Both the position numbers and the translations under genes were made by a program. This document shows positions 13,561-28,136 of a stretch of 64,000 bases of DNA, one piece after another (the first letter of the stretch is position 1; each line of letters starts with the position of its first letter). This DNA is from the human T2T-CHM13v2.0 reference genome, Homo sapiens, in assembly GCF_009914755.1 (NCBI RefSeq), contig NC_060941.1; one strand, given 5' to 3'. The notes beneath the pieces were generated by a model. That model saw nothing but the letters and a program-made list of their open reading frames with translations. It did not search any database and had not been told where the DNA came from.

Positions 13561-15470
13561 ACCGGTAGAGATTTTATAATTGCCCACATGTGCATAAACA
13601 TCTGTGGGAAGATAAGCAATAAACTAATCATTGCAGTTGCCTCTAGAAAAGGACTTGAGTTGCTGGGGGAGGTGGTTTGATTTCTATATTTTGAATTATA
13701 GTTCATGCAACCATACTACCTCTTTAAATATAAGAAAATTTACATCTTATAAGAATAAAAAAGAATTTTTAATTTACATTTTACATTTGTTTCTAAAAGA
13801 CACCTTAGTACTCTGAGTAACACATTAAACCAGTAGCTCCCCCAAAGAATTCATTAACTTGGATTCATTGCTTGTATTCATAAGTTGGATGTCCTAAAGT
13901 ACAAGGCTTCAAGGATGAATGGTATTAGGGGTATGTAAGTCTTCAGAAAAAAGGGAACATTGGATAGTGGTGTTCTTGGGATATTGTCCAAAAAAGTCCC
14001 AAGCCTGCATGAGACATGAAAGTATGAGGTACCAGAGGGATAATGGAAAGAGAGATAGAATACCATGCATACTAACTTTGCTGACATAAAAAATGTATCA
14101 GGATTAGCTCTCCTCTGCTTCCCAATAGACTACATTCTATATCATCCCAGTTCTAAAGTGAGCCTCCCTCTGCCTCTTGGCCCTTAACCAAGAGAAATAG
14201 ACTGAACTGTTGAACTTCTAAAGGACACGGGGGACCCCGCGAGAGCTGCCTCTGGAGCCATTCTTTCCTGCATTTTCCCATCACCCTTCTGTTTCAGCCA
14301 CCACTTGGCAAAAACCAGCTAAGTGGTGACTGTGAAATGAATTCAAATTTGACTCCAAGAGGGAAACAGGGCTCTCCAGGCAGAGCCATAAGCCCGAGAG
14401 AAAGGGCACAAGATTAACAGGTCACTGAGCCAGCCAGGGCGAGGAGCCAGGAGGACACCCACCGAGAGAGGCAGGGAAACGGTTAATAACTCAAGGTGAC
14501 AAATTAAGCTGGCTACTCAGGGGCTCCAGTTTGGCTGATTGTGAAGTCAAAACAGAACAGTCGGAAACCGGGAAGGCGCTGTCACTTTTACTGTATTTTT
14601 CCACACGTATTTTTATTTTATTTTTTAATTTGGAAATGTTCGTGGGGAGCTGGAAAATGCAGGCTGGAGAACTCCTGGGGTCTGGGAGGGGAGACACTGT
14701 GTCTTTGCTGGATCCCCATCCAATTTGGACCAGCCGCTCCCTATGAGCTCCAGCCACCGGGGGCAGTGGGTCTCCTAGTGGTCGTCCCCCTTCTCTGTCC
14801 TCCGCCCCCCACCCCGTGGAGACATTCTCACCTCCTCTCGTTTTCACCGCCCCTCTGTGCCAGCGTGCAACCTCCTGCCAAGTTACACTAACAGTGTTCT
14901 CCGTCCACCAGCCACACCAGCCTCCTTGTTGCTGAACCCAGCAGCTGCTTAACAGGCGGCAGATGGAGAAAGGGCTGGAACTCTCAAGCACGAGGGAAAC
15001 CTTGGGTGGAGAGGCAGAGGAGAAATAAAATGCTCTGCACCTATCCCAGTCGGTATGTGGCAAGGATCTGGCTTTCTCAGTGCCCCACATTTGAACAACT
15101 AGCCCGTGGAAATTCCCTAAAAGGAACGGGTAGGCTTAAGATGTTTAAAATGATCATGGGCCCCGTTTTGGGAAAAGTGAAGGAGATTAGGACGAACTGT
15201 GACAAATATATTCTGAGGTTTACCTGCCCCTTGGATCTAAGAACCCTTGAACTTCTTAGTGGAACCTTCTAGGCATGAGTTTCTACTGTGCACGTACTTT
15301 CTAAATTAGAGGATGCATGCTTATCACAACTTTACATTTAAATGATACTTTCTACATCAGAGGATACACCCTCTGCATAGATTAATCTTGTAGATTATTT
15401 TAACTCCTGGTAGTAGAATTGATAACTTGACTTTAATATTAAAGACAAATATGGCCCCCACCACCAACAA

Positions 15471-15471
<1 letters not shown>

Positions 15472-15510
<39 letters not shown>
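15472..15510. repeat. (CA)n microsatellite
   Basis: Directly visible. Confidence 0.95.
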
Positions 15511-15515
<5 letters not shown>

Positions 15516-18500
15516 ATTCATTCTACAGAGGTATCTCCACGTGGCATTGCAATTCCAAATTTCAATTTAATGTCATCCATGCTAAAGAAGACAAAATGGT
15601 TTTACTAAGTGAATTATAAGCAAGAGAAAAAAGGATAGAAGGCAGCACACACAAGTGCAGACATGTGCAGGTCAAACACACACACCCTTTCACTCCCCTT
15701 TCTCTTCCAGCAAGCACTGCACTTGCTTCTGAGCACCCAAAGGATACTTTTGAGAACCCCAAAACAGCTGCTGTTGAAATGGCTCAGCTAGGGAAATGCT
15801 TCCCTATCATTAGGCCAAAGCTGTAATGCTCAGGTCCTGGGTTTCTTAACAATGGTTTGGGGCTAACACCTGGTGGGTCATCCCCTGAAGACCTTATATC
15901 CACCCAGTTGCAGTCCCGACCCTATCTCATGGAATAGTGCAGAAATACAATTCTCCCATTGTTCTCTGTCTTGGAGATTGAGGGAGGGGGGAATACTAAC
16001 CCCCACCTCAAAAAGATTAGTGCAATTATTAGCCAACAGTAATGGCTATAAGCCAATATGTTCTCAAATCCTCCTGAGCACCAAGTCACCTTAGAGTCTC
16101 TTAAAGCCCCAAACACAAGACTGTGTGTTTTCTTGAATTTGGCCATGGTGTTCTCAAAGGCTGCTGGGTCGGTGGTTAATGCTGCCCTTACCCACAAGGC
16201 TAATAAGCGGAGAAAGAAACAGTGAATAATGCATGTGTCTGAGCCCTAGGTCCCCATGCCCCCATAAGTCTGTAAAAAGCAGGTGTCCGGTCCAGACAAC
16301 ACTAGCAACTGCTTCACCTAGCATTGTTTGGGCAAAATGCTTCTTAGAACACAACCATAGATTGTGACTTGTAGTTAGCATTAATTATAGAATTCTCAAG
16401 CAACGATGTGCTTTTTCCTTCTGTCACCTTATAGGAATAAATTTTTTGACCCCTGTGCTACCATTAGCTCTGCTGGTCATTCAAGGTCTCCCATCAGGAA
16501 GTATGAGAAAAGAAGTTAAATTCTGTTCCAGGATTTGGTATACCTGACTTATACTGCACGCGTATTTCAAACTGTAGTCTCAGAGAAACGAGGTCTTATC
16601 TTAAACTACTCAATGTATATTGATTAAATATAGATGGTGATGGGAAATACAAAGAAGAAAAATTCAAGGATACAAAATTTTTTAAATATATTTACATAAT
16701 ACCAAAGCAACCGATTAACTGACTGAATTTAAGTCGCTGATCAATTAAATGAGACATTAAGATAAGAACTTGTCAACTGAGTCAAAACATTGACTACTCC
16801 ACTTAAGAAAGCACATGCCTGTGTAAATAAATATAGAGGTATACATTAACATAAATCAATACCTACAGTTCAGGGAACTATTCAATCATTCCTTCAATCT
16901 TCAAACCATTACTGATTCTCTACTATGTTCCTGGCACAGTTAAAACCAGAGGCTTGATTTATTTTAGAGTAGCCATGTTAAAAATCTCTTTTATTTCTAG
17001 AGAAATTCATACCACTTAGGAAACACAAGCAAAGGAAACAAAAGCCTTGAAGCTGAGCAAATAAAGAGGTAATTTTCTATGTGATGGCAAATTGGGGGAG
17101 CTTTCAAGCATCTATTGTTCATTATTGGGAAGACCTATGTTAAACTTTGTACGCGTCTATGAAATACATTTATGAGGTATTAAATATAACCCTGTTCCTA
17201 CGAATTAATACCATGTCTTTGCAGCGTTCAGCCTCATTTCTCACACAGCAGGCTATCAGAAAAGTCTCTGTTGAAAAGTCTAGAGCCTGAGTCGAAGTCA
17301 CCAAGTTACAATGACTCAATATTCTCCATTATTTATTCTCATACACATACCTTAACAGAACAAGCGATATACCCGCTGCGTTTGTATAAAGCTCCCATGA
17401 TGTACATTCTAATACATACACTTAAACACACAAATCTGTTTGTCATCTGGGAAGGGTAAGATTTTAGTTAAACCTCAGAAAGACTTCTGTGTAATAATTG
17501 GAAGATAACTGAAACCCCTGATGATTCATTTTCTCTACTCACAAAATGAGGGTTAATAAAAATAATAATAATAAATGGGTCATTTGGAAAGTACCTAAAA
17601 TCCTAAGGCTAAATGTATTGTGTAGATATAGGAGAATCTAGTGTTATAGAAGGTATACATCAGACCACTCTCTGGCATTATTCACTGGTCATAACATAGA
17701 TGGGAATATATAGCTACTAGAAGAATTTTCTCCTCGGAATGCCTAGAACTAAACAACTGATACAATTACTGTCCACAAGCAATATGGCATTTTCAAGGCT
17801 TTGTCAAGCAAATATTTGAAGTATATATATCACATTCGGGTGGGCATTTCTGTGCAAATACAAGCATGGGCACAAGCCCATTTAAACCCCGTACTCCTCT
17901 CTGCAAAACGGATATAACTCCATTAAGGTCTATTACTTGATTATACCCAGTAATGATTATTGTAATCCAGGAGAAGGAGAACAGAGTAAAGAATATTGAG
18001 GCTCTGATGAGACATACAGCCCCAAAACCCTTGGGTCCCCCTTTCATCTTTAGTTACTTGTCAGCCCAGAGGCCCGGCCTGTGGGAACCCAGCTCAGCAG
18101 CACCTTCATGTGGATGAACTTTCTAGATAAGCGCCTTGGGTACCAACATGCTGTAGGAAATCCGATCCACAGCCCGTGCCTGCTGCTCACTCACTTAACT
18201 TTCTTGTGTTGGAAACCAGGCAGGGGCCCTTCACACTTTCCAACAGCTCCCTTGTTTGCTTATGTGGAATCATGCAGACTGAGAGCAAAGAAGTATACAG
18301 GAGGCAAGGGCAGGGGATAGAGGCCTGGTCAGGAGCAAGAAGACTTGGGGCAAGAAAGCCTGCCCTTTGGGAGAAGAGTCATTCATACCTCTCCATCAAT
18401 CCATTGCTGATTATCCTCCCTAACTCCCTTCCCCCAATTCCTACACATCAATACAATTCCTTTGTAGAGGTTGGCCAGCTTCTCCCCCAGCAGGTGGCCA

Positions 18501-18997
18501 GAATAGACTCTGCTGGGAGATTGCAAGTCACCCCTAGTGCCTACATCGAGGCAAAAAGAGAAGAAATAAGGATCACAGTGAATCATCTGTCAAGGTTGGC
18601 AGAAACGAGATTCGACTGACAGCTTTTTAGCCCAGGCAGCTACTCACCTGGATCTGGCATGAGGCTTGACCAAGTCAGGTAAAACTCCAAAATCCAAATG
18701 AGTAAGTCCAAGAGTCTCTACTCTGCCATCTTTTCCTCTGCCCCTTGGCCATCGGGTGTGGTTTAGCTGACCAAGATCATGGTCCTTTTGAATTCAGCAG
18801 AGTTGTAGAACTCCCGGGCCTTATTCTAATCCTGTCTACTATTCCTCAGTCTCGAAGCTGCTTTTGAAGCCAGAAAGCACCGGCAGTGGAGTGCAGAAAG
18901 CTTGCTCCAGACATTGAATGAGCCCACAGAATACCTCAATCTGATCTTTTATAGTGCTTTGTTTATTACCTGTGTGCCCTTATTTCATAAGGGAACT

Positions 18998-19002
<5 letters not shown>

Positions 19003-19030
<28 letters not shown>
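19003..19030. repeat. (GA)n microsatellite
   Basis: Directly visible. Confidence 0.95.
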
Positions 19031-20308
19031 CAGGAATGATGAAGATGACTATTAGTAGCAATCCAAAGACACCTTTTCTTAAGCCTCATTCATAGAAGCA
19101 AATGTGGCCAAACAACCTAGCAATTGTTCTCTCAAATGTCACCTTTCTGTATGGGCCACTGTGCCGATAAAACTCGGCTCTCTCGTTTTCTGCTCCCCCT
19201 GCAGCCCCTCCTGAAAAATTACGATGTTATCCTCCAAATATCTCCGGAGAAATTGAACCGACAAGGAAAGCTTTTCTTCTTCTCCCTCCCCGTGCACCCT
19301 CCTCCCGTTTTTTCTTTCTTCTTCACGCAGCTTGAACAATTTGGCTCTGTTCTGGGTGCATTCCTGTGGCCCATTCTCTTTCGGTCCCCTGTACAGGCCT
19401 GAGGATGGTGGGCCAGAACACAGGCCCACATTCAGACCCAGGATAGCGCTTGGGGGTAGGGCCAGGGCGGAGGAAAGTGAACCAAATGTACCTGGGATTG
19501 TTGCGCCACCAACCTAATACCTGGGCAGAAAAACAAAGGCTCTTTAGAAAGAGCCTGAGCTTCGGGGTAACCCATCCCCCCCACCCTCCCAGAGTTCAAA
19601 AGATAACAGGAGCTGAAAATAAGGCGCTCACATAATTAAACTTTTCCAAGTCATTTCAGGGGACATTACACCTGATGACAGAGAACTCGCTGCTAACCCT
19701 TTTTGATGAACAATCTCTGTTAAGACAAGAAGGGAGCCTTTTTCTCCTTGTGTGTGTGTCCTTGTGGGTGCAGACCCGTGTACCTGCACAGGTGCATCCG
19801 TGTCTGGATGAAGTGATCAAGCCCCACACCTTTTTACATAAGCAGAGGTGTAACCATCGCTTGGAAATCCTCTGATTTCAGGGGAACCTACAAAATGAGG
19901 AGGCCCTCTCAACATCAACTCTCTTTTATTCTCAACAAAGGGCATGTGGGCATTTTAAATTTTTTATTCATGTATTTATTTTTGCGTGGGATCCAGAATT
20001 TGCACTTGCCCAGGTTAGAGGGTAGAAGGCATGGCAATCAGTTCTGACAGTGAAGGAAAAGGAATTCCTGGGTCCATACAAATCTTAAGGTGTTTAGAGG
20101 GCCTTTCTTCCAAATTAGGCAGGTGCCACACCTGTTAATACGATCAGCCTTCAAGAGGCAACTTCAAGACAGCACCTCATCATCCTTAGCGTCATGCTCC
20201 TTAGCCAAACTTTTTATTAAGAGGAAGAATTTTTAGTCAGAAAACTGGAAAACCCTGACACAAAGAGCTACCTGTACAAGACAACTGGGAAACAAAAAGG
20301 GAACAAGG

Positions 20309-20669
<361 letters not shown>

Positions 20670-21439
20670 TTACACCACTGCTCTAAATCACTGCTTATTT
20701 GTTTTTCAATAAGACTATTTGCTCCATGAGACAGGGACTATGTCACTGAATCCCCAACATCTAGCACATAGAAATACTCAATAACTCTCTCCGAATGTTG
20801 AAAAATTCCAGATACACGAGGAAGAGGAAAACAAATATACAGTGGTATGCTGGAGCTGTTCCACACCCACTCACAGGAGCCAATTATTAAATTTATGAGA
20901 GTTTTCTGAGCCAATTGTTAAACACGGCCACTATTAAAAGTTAAATTCTATAAACTTAAAACGAAATAAATTGTATTAAAAACAAAGGTAATGAGCTCAT
21001 CACTTCCTTATTATTTTGCTATTACCTATACTCTGGAGGTTGTTTACATCTGCTGTGTTTATATGGTGGAAATACTGTGTCCTAGTCACTACCATGCAAC
21101 TCTACCCTGCTCTTATTTCAATTATGTCACATTTTTAGCTTAAAATAGGCCGTGGTGGGAACACTGACACCATGGAAATCTAAAAATGCCATAAATCATG
21201 GTTTTATAGTTTTGTAATTGTCTAGACTTGAGACAGGCATGAAGAAAATATTAATAATACAGATTAAACATAAAAGTAAATCATGTCAAGGGTTTTTATA
21301 TTGTGAGTAGCAAAATAACAACCAAAAAGAAGTTAAGGAAATGTTCTTCCAGTATTCAAAAACTACTCCTTGATTGAAAGAAGAAATCACTTACATGATT
21401 GACTAAGAATTGACCTTCCAATATACATCTTAATTCTTT

Positions 21440-21595
21440 CATTTCTTTTCTTCTTTCTTTCCTTCCTTCCTTTCTTCCTTTTTCTTTCTTTTTATTTCTT
21501 GTTCTTTCTCCCTTTCTTTCTTTCTCCCTTTCCTTCTCTTTCTTTCTCCCTTTTTCTTTCTTTCTTTCTCTCTCTCTCTCTTTTTTCTCTCTCTT

Positions 21596-21626
<31 letters not shown>

Positions 21627-21629
21627 TTT
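21440..21629. repeat. CT/CTTT-rich microsatellite (expanded tail of a minus-strand Alu)
   Basis: Directly visible polypyrimidine tract. Confidence 0.9.
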
Positions 21630-22372
<743 letters not shown>

Positions 22373-22552
22373 TAAAATGTTTTTGTGAGAATCAAGCAGG
22401 TATATGGAATTTATAATAAGGGATATTTAATATTTTATAATTATTTGCAAATTGTGTGCTACACATCCTTTATATCAATAAAATTTATAGTAAACTTATG
22501 TCCACATAAACATGAATTTTTTTTGAGAGCTGGTTGTTAAATATTTACCATC

Positions 22553-22843
<291 letters not shown>

Positions 22844-23124
22844 CTACTGTCCAATAGCGTACCTATATGTAAGGAAAGGGGGTAATTTGAATAATTTATA
22901 GGATGATAATTAAATAGAGGTATAGGAGTATGTGCATATGTGCATGCACGTATATGTCTAATCCATCATTTAACTTGGGGTTAGAGGCAGATCACAAAAC
23001 ACAGAAACAAGGCTATTGGTAGAAAAATGAAGCAACATGAGCTATTTCTACCTGCTCTACAAGTTTCATCAGGGTCACCAAGAACAAGACTCATCAAAGG
23101 ACAGGCAAGAAACAACACACACAA

Positions 23125-23400
23125 AAAACAGAAAGACAAATACTGTGTGTTCTCACTTATAAATGGAAGGTAATAATGTGTACACATGGACATGAAATAC
23201 AGAATGATAGACATTGGACATTTGGCAGGGTAGGGGAGTGGAAGGGGGGGGTGAAGGATGAGAAATTGTGTAATAGGTTCAATGTATATTATTAGGTGAT
23301 GGCTACACTGAAAGCTCAAACTTCACCACTACTCAATATGTCCATGTAACAAAATTGCACTTGCTTCCCTTAAATTTATACAAATAAAAAAATTTAATGA
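23125..23400 (+). mobile_element. L1MA-like 3' end
   Basis: cagaaagacaaatactgtgtgttctcacttata...ccatgtaacaaaattgcacttg...aaataaaaaa. Confidence 0.85.
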
Positions 23401-25599
23401 AAAAGAAAACAGACAAAGGAGGCAAGAGTACACTCTTAAATTTTTCACACATCTGCGTAGTGTTTTATAGTTTCCAAAAGGACTTTTCTACAAACCATAT
23501 TGTGTGAGCCTCGTGACGTTCTTGTAGGAAAAACGAACCAGAGCATAGTACCACTTTGCAGATGAGCATATTAAGGCTCAAAAGGCTTATATAGTTTGCC
23601 CAAAGTCACACAATGGAGAATGGCTGAGATAAGAACAGAACCCAGGTCTTCTGATTCTCATGAGAAAGTCAAAATACTTTTTGGAACAGCTGTTCTGGCA
23701 AGTTCTATCCCTCTTAGACCTCAGTTTAAGCAAGGAGGCAGTCCAGTGGGGAGAGAGAGCCTATCTGAAAGCCATGTTGTCAATCCCAACCAAGCTTACT
23801 GGCTGTACCTCCTTGGGTAAAGGGCATTTAATATCAGAGCCCAGGGTTTGAACTGTGTGCCCACTTCAGCCACTGCATCCCTGGCCAGAGTAATCAAATT
23901 CAATAGACTAATAACTATGGCAGAGTCAAGGTCCTACAGCATCATTGATTAGAGTGCTGGTTTTCATACTTTTTTTCAGAATAGCAAAACTCTATGTTTT
24001 CCAGCAAAATTCTATTTGAAACAGTAAAATACAACTCACAGAAAATGAAAAGTTTCTGTAGTTGAATGGGAATGGTGGGATGACAGTGGTTGGTTACTCC
24101 TGTTGGCTTCTCATGGGGACCCTTAAGCACCCCCAAAGAACCATCATCTCCTTGGGGCCCTTTAAAAAAAACCTCACCTTAGCATTTAATGCTATTGAGG
24201 GGAGTATGTGTGTTTGTGTTGTAAGACTATGTATGCCTGTGTATGTGTGTACGTGTGTGTGTGTATTGAGGGGGCAGAGGATTCTACGTTCTATATTAAT
24301 ATGGTTCTCCTCCTAAAGCCTGGAGAAGATATCTTAGAATATCCTGCCACTGGTTATAAGAGAGCAAAGAGAACAAGTCGGAGCCCTTTGGGAGAACTGG
24401 GTGAAAAAAATATACAGCTCCAAGCATACACCCTACCACAGCAAAGCAACTGGTGAATCTGCATCCATAATAATGGTTAACAGTACTGCTGGTTAAGAGG
24501 CAGGCACTGCTCTGAGCACTTCAAGTGTCTTAGGGTTTTAAATGTTCTACCATATCCCTTTGAGACAGCTGCTGTCATCATCATGACTGTGACTGAAAAA
24601 TCGATGCATAAAGAGGTTAGGTAACATTCTCAAGCTTTTACTGCTTGTAAGTGGTGAAGCTGGGCACAGATCCATGGAGGCTCAGGGTCAGACGCATACC
24701 CTGTGATATCTCCAGATGGGGAAGGCAGCAGCCAATCCCACCTCTGAGGGAGCCTCTACCCAATCCCAGTCCTGGTTCTGAGCGTGTCCTGGGATGGAAG
24801 TTGCAATCCCCTTGGGGGTCTCCAGTTTACTGTGGATGGGGGTTATGAACCCATGACTTGCTGACTTCTGGCCAGGACCTGGCATTTGCATTTTTCACTG
24901 AGCCCCACAAATGATGTGGGCCTGGCCCTGGTTGAAATACAAACCCAGACACCTCAAGTCCAGAGATGGAGCTACCAATCAAAGTGCAAGACACCTTGCT
25001 CTTCAATCCCTAAGAGCCAGCACCTTTTTATTATGCCTTCAGCTGTTCAAAGAGCTCCTTACTCCAGCATTGGTGGACTCCTCCTTCAAAGCTCACATGA
25101 CAAGAAGAGGAAATGTGTGTGACTGGTCACCAGAAGGCCCCAGGGTTTGTCATGCGCTCATCCCACAGGAAGAGGGATTTTCCATTCCCTCCAGGTGTCT
25201 TATGCTCACCTTGTATTTTCTTCAGGTTCTCTTAATCATTATTCTAAGAGCACTAATTAGGGTAAAATTTCCCCCAAAGGATAAAGGGCCAGGTTCCCCA
25301 GACTTATGAAATAGCCTATAATGTTGGAGATTACTCCAGTGAAAGAAAAAGCCTAGGCAAAGAGCCAGTATCAGTTCCTTAAGGAATCCCTTTTCCTGAG
25401 AGTCCCAACTTCCTAGAATCCTGAGACATGTTCCAATGTTTTCTTGGGATGACTAACGTATAACTCCCCAAAGGGTAGGAGCTCTGCTTAACTCACAAGT
25501 TACTGGCACAGGACCATGCCTTGCAAATGACAGATACTTTGTAAGTATTTAGGGCATTGGCGTTTTTGTGGGAGGGGGGCTTCGTGGATATTTTGTAGG

Positions 25600-25758
25600 T
25601 TTGTTTTTTTGTTTTTAGAGATGGGATCTTTTTCACCCAGGCTGGAGTGCAGTAATGGGATCTTAACTCACTGCAGCCTTGAATTCCTGGGCCTAAGGGA
25701 TCCTCCCACCTCAGCCTCCTGAGTACCTGGGACTACAGACACGTGTCAGTACACCTGG
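25600..25758 (-). mobile_element. Alu monomer (FRAM / AluJ right arm)
   Basis: Single right-type arm flanked by 17-bp TSD gggca(t/c)tggcgtttttg at 25552 and 25757. Confidence 0.85.
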
Positions 25759-26862
25759 GCACTGGCGTTTTTGAATGGACCTAATTCATACACTGATATT
25801 GGACTTATTAACTCTGTCACTGGCACCTGTATCATCTTTAGGTCTAGATTTTTAGAGTTAAGATTGAGGAGGAAAATCTGCATCCTTTCTCTGGTCTGTT
25901 TCTTCCCTTTTTATCAGTCTCTGCAATAACCAATAGCAAACAAGCCAGGGCCCCTTGGCTCTTTAACAAGGCCAAACAGGTGTGAGAGATTAGCTCCCTG
26001 GATGGAGCCTCTGTCCAACAAAACAATGTCAAATTCCCCCCTAATAAAGTCCAGAGCTGTAAGCAATTCCCCCTTGTTATTAAGCAGGAAAGAAAATACA
26101 GCCGGCTCCTTCCCAATTAGCTTGGAGGACCCTCCAATGAGCTGAATTTAAACCAGAGAACTGCCATGATCTGGCTTCCACCATAAATAGGGCCTGCCTT
26201 CTCCCAAGAATGAAAACTCACTGGCCCAAGCTCCCAGCCTTCTTGGCACGATGGGGCAGACAGCCCCCAACCCCCCACCCCAATATCCATGGGCTGTCTC
26301 TGCCTCTGATTCAAACCATCTTTACAACTCCCTGCCAAATCCCTTACTTTGATTTTCCATATGGAGGCTTGGTCTCATTTGCCAGGTTGGTGTTTATAAG
26401 GATGGGTTTTTTGACAGTTTCGCTGTCGGTGAAACAGAGGATGGGACCCCACCCCTTGAACATGAATCACTTTCTTGTCATCCAAAAAAGAGTGAAAGAT
26501 CAACATTCTGAAGCAATAACAACAACAAAATAGAAACCCCAGAGGTATCTAGCAATGGGAACGTCTCGTCTTTCCTTCCCTCCCCGCATCCTCCACCTCA
26601 AACTAATAGGCCATGGAGTGGAAAATAGACTCCAAGGTGCTTCAAAAAATGGCCCATCACTCTGTTACCTCATGTTTACACATGGGGTACATAAACGCAG
26701 ACTGTAAAAGTCACCTGATGGTTTCCCCCACGCCATCTTAGACAGTGGTCAGAGGGAATCTCTTTCAATCTTGAACATCTTACCTGAATAGGGAATGTTT
26801 AAACATTCTTCATCTCAGTAAATATTATGATGGCCAGGCTATGCCCTAAGACTTTAAAGCAT

Positions 26863-27212
26863 TGTATTGGTCTGTTCTCACGCTATTAATAAAGACATAC
26901 CCGAGATTGAGCAATTTATGAAGGAAACAGGTTTAATTGACTCACAGTTCCACATAGCTGGGGAGGCCTCACAATCACAGCAGAGGGCAAATGAGGAGCA
27001 AAGGCAGCAGGCAAGAGAGCTTGTGCGGGGGAACTCCCCTTTATAAAACCATCAGATCTCATGAGACTTATTCACTATCACGATATCAGCACAGGAGAGA
27101 CCCACCCCCATGATTCAATTACCTCCCACAGGGTCCCTCTCACAACACATGGGAATTATGGGAGCTACAATTCAAGATGAGATTTGAGTGAGGACACAGC
27201 CAAACTGTATCA
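26863..27212 (-). mobile_element. THE1 (C/D-like) solo LTR
   Basis: tgtattggtctgttctcac...caaactgtatca; TSD agcat/aacat. Confidence 0.92.
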
Positions 27213-27244
27213 AACATCAATTCATTTAATTATCTCAAGGACCC

Positions 27245-28015
27245 TGTATTAGCCTGTTCTTGCATTGCTATAAAGAAACACCTGAGGCTGGTTAATTTGT
27301 AAGGAAAAGAGGTTTAATTGCTCATGGTTCTGCAGGCTGTAAAGGAAGCATGATGCTGGCTGGCATCTGCTCAAGGCCTCAGGAAACTTACAATCATAGT
27401 GGAAGGAGAAGGAAGAGCTTGTACTTCACATGGTTAAAGCAGGATCAAGGCGGAGGGGAAGGTGCACACACTTTTAAACAACCAGATCTTAGGAGAATTC
27501 ACTCACTATCATGAGGATGTTACCAAAGGGATGGTACTAAACCATTTGTATTCGTCTGTTTTCACACTGCTTTGAAGATACTACCTGAGACTGGGTAATT
27601 TATAAACAAAAGAGATTTAATTGACTCACAGTTCTGCATGGCTGAAGAGGCCTCAGGAAACTTACAGTCATGGTGGAAGGCAAAGGAGGAGCAAGGCATG
27701 TCTTACATGTCAGTAGGAGAGAGAGCGAGAGCAGGAGAACCTGCCACTTATAAACCATTCAGATCTCATAACTCCCTATCATGAGAAAAACATGGAGGAA
27801 ACCACCCTCATGATCCAATCACCTCCCGCCAGGTCCCTCCCTCGACACGTGGGGATTATAATTCAGGATTAGAGGGACACAGAGACAAACCATATCATCA
27901 TTCATGAGAAATCCACCCTCATAGTCCAATCAGCTCCTACCAGGCCCCACCTCCAACACTGGGGATTGCAATTCAACATGAGATTTGGATGGGGACACAG
28001 ATTCAAACCATATCA
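27245..28015 (-). mobile_element. MSTA-like solo LTR (host of a nested LTR)
   Basis: tgtattagcctgttcttgcattgc...ctaaaccatt[insert]catgagaaatccaccc...aaaccatatca; TSD gaccc/taccc. Confidence 0.9.
27547..27897 (-). mobile_element. THE1D/MST-like solo LTR nested in the MSTA LTR
   Basis: tgtattcgtctgttttcacactgc...aaaccatatca; TSD ccatt/tcatt. Confidence 0.9.
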
Positions 28016-28136
28016 TACCCTGTGAATTTCCTCTCATTTTTAAAATGACATAACTGAGTATTTCAAGTTACTCATCCAAAGCAACAGCTAGCCACTGATA
28101 GAGCTAACATTTGAACCCAGCATTCAGTTCCAGAAC

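Noticed and set aside
14751-14768. CTCF-like cagccaccgggggcagtg (and ctaccaggggcg near 8029)
   Set aside because: One base short of the core spacing CCASYAGRKGGC, so not called.
14491-15090. Longest ORF (199 aa, minus strand)
   Set aside because: Non-ATG start, no recognisable domain, and it reads through an A/T low-complexity run; expected by chance in GC-richer DNA.
25600-25758. Possible BC200 (BCYRN1) retrocopy
   Set aside because: The monomer is right-arm type and the 3' sequence does not match the BC200 unique domain.
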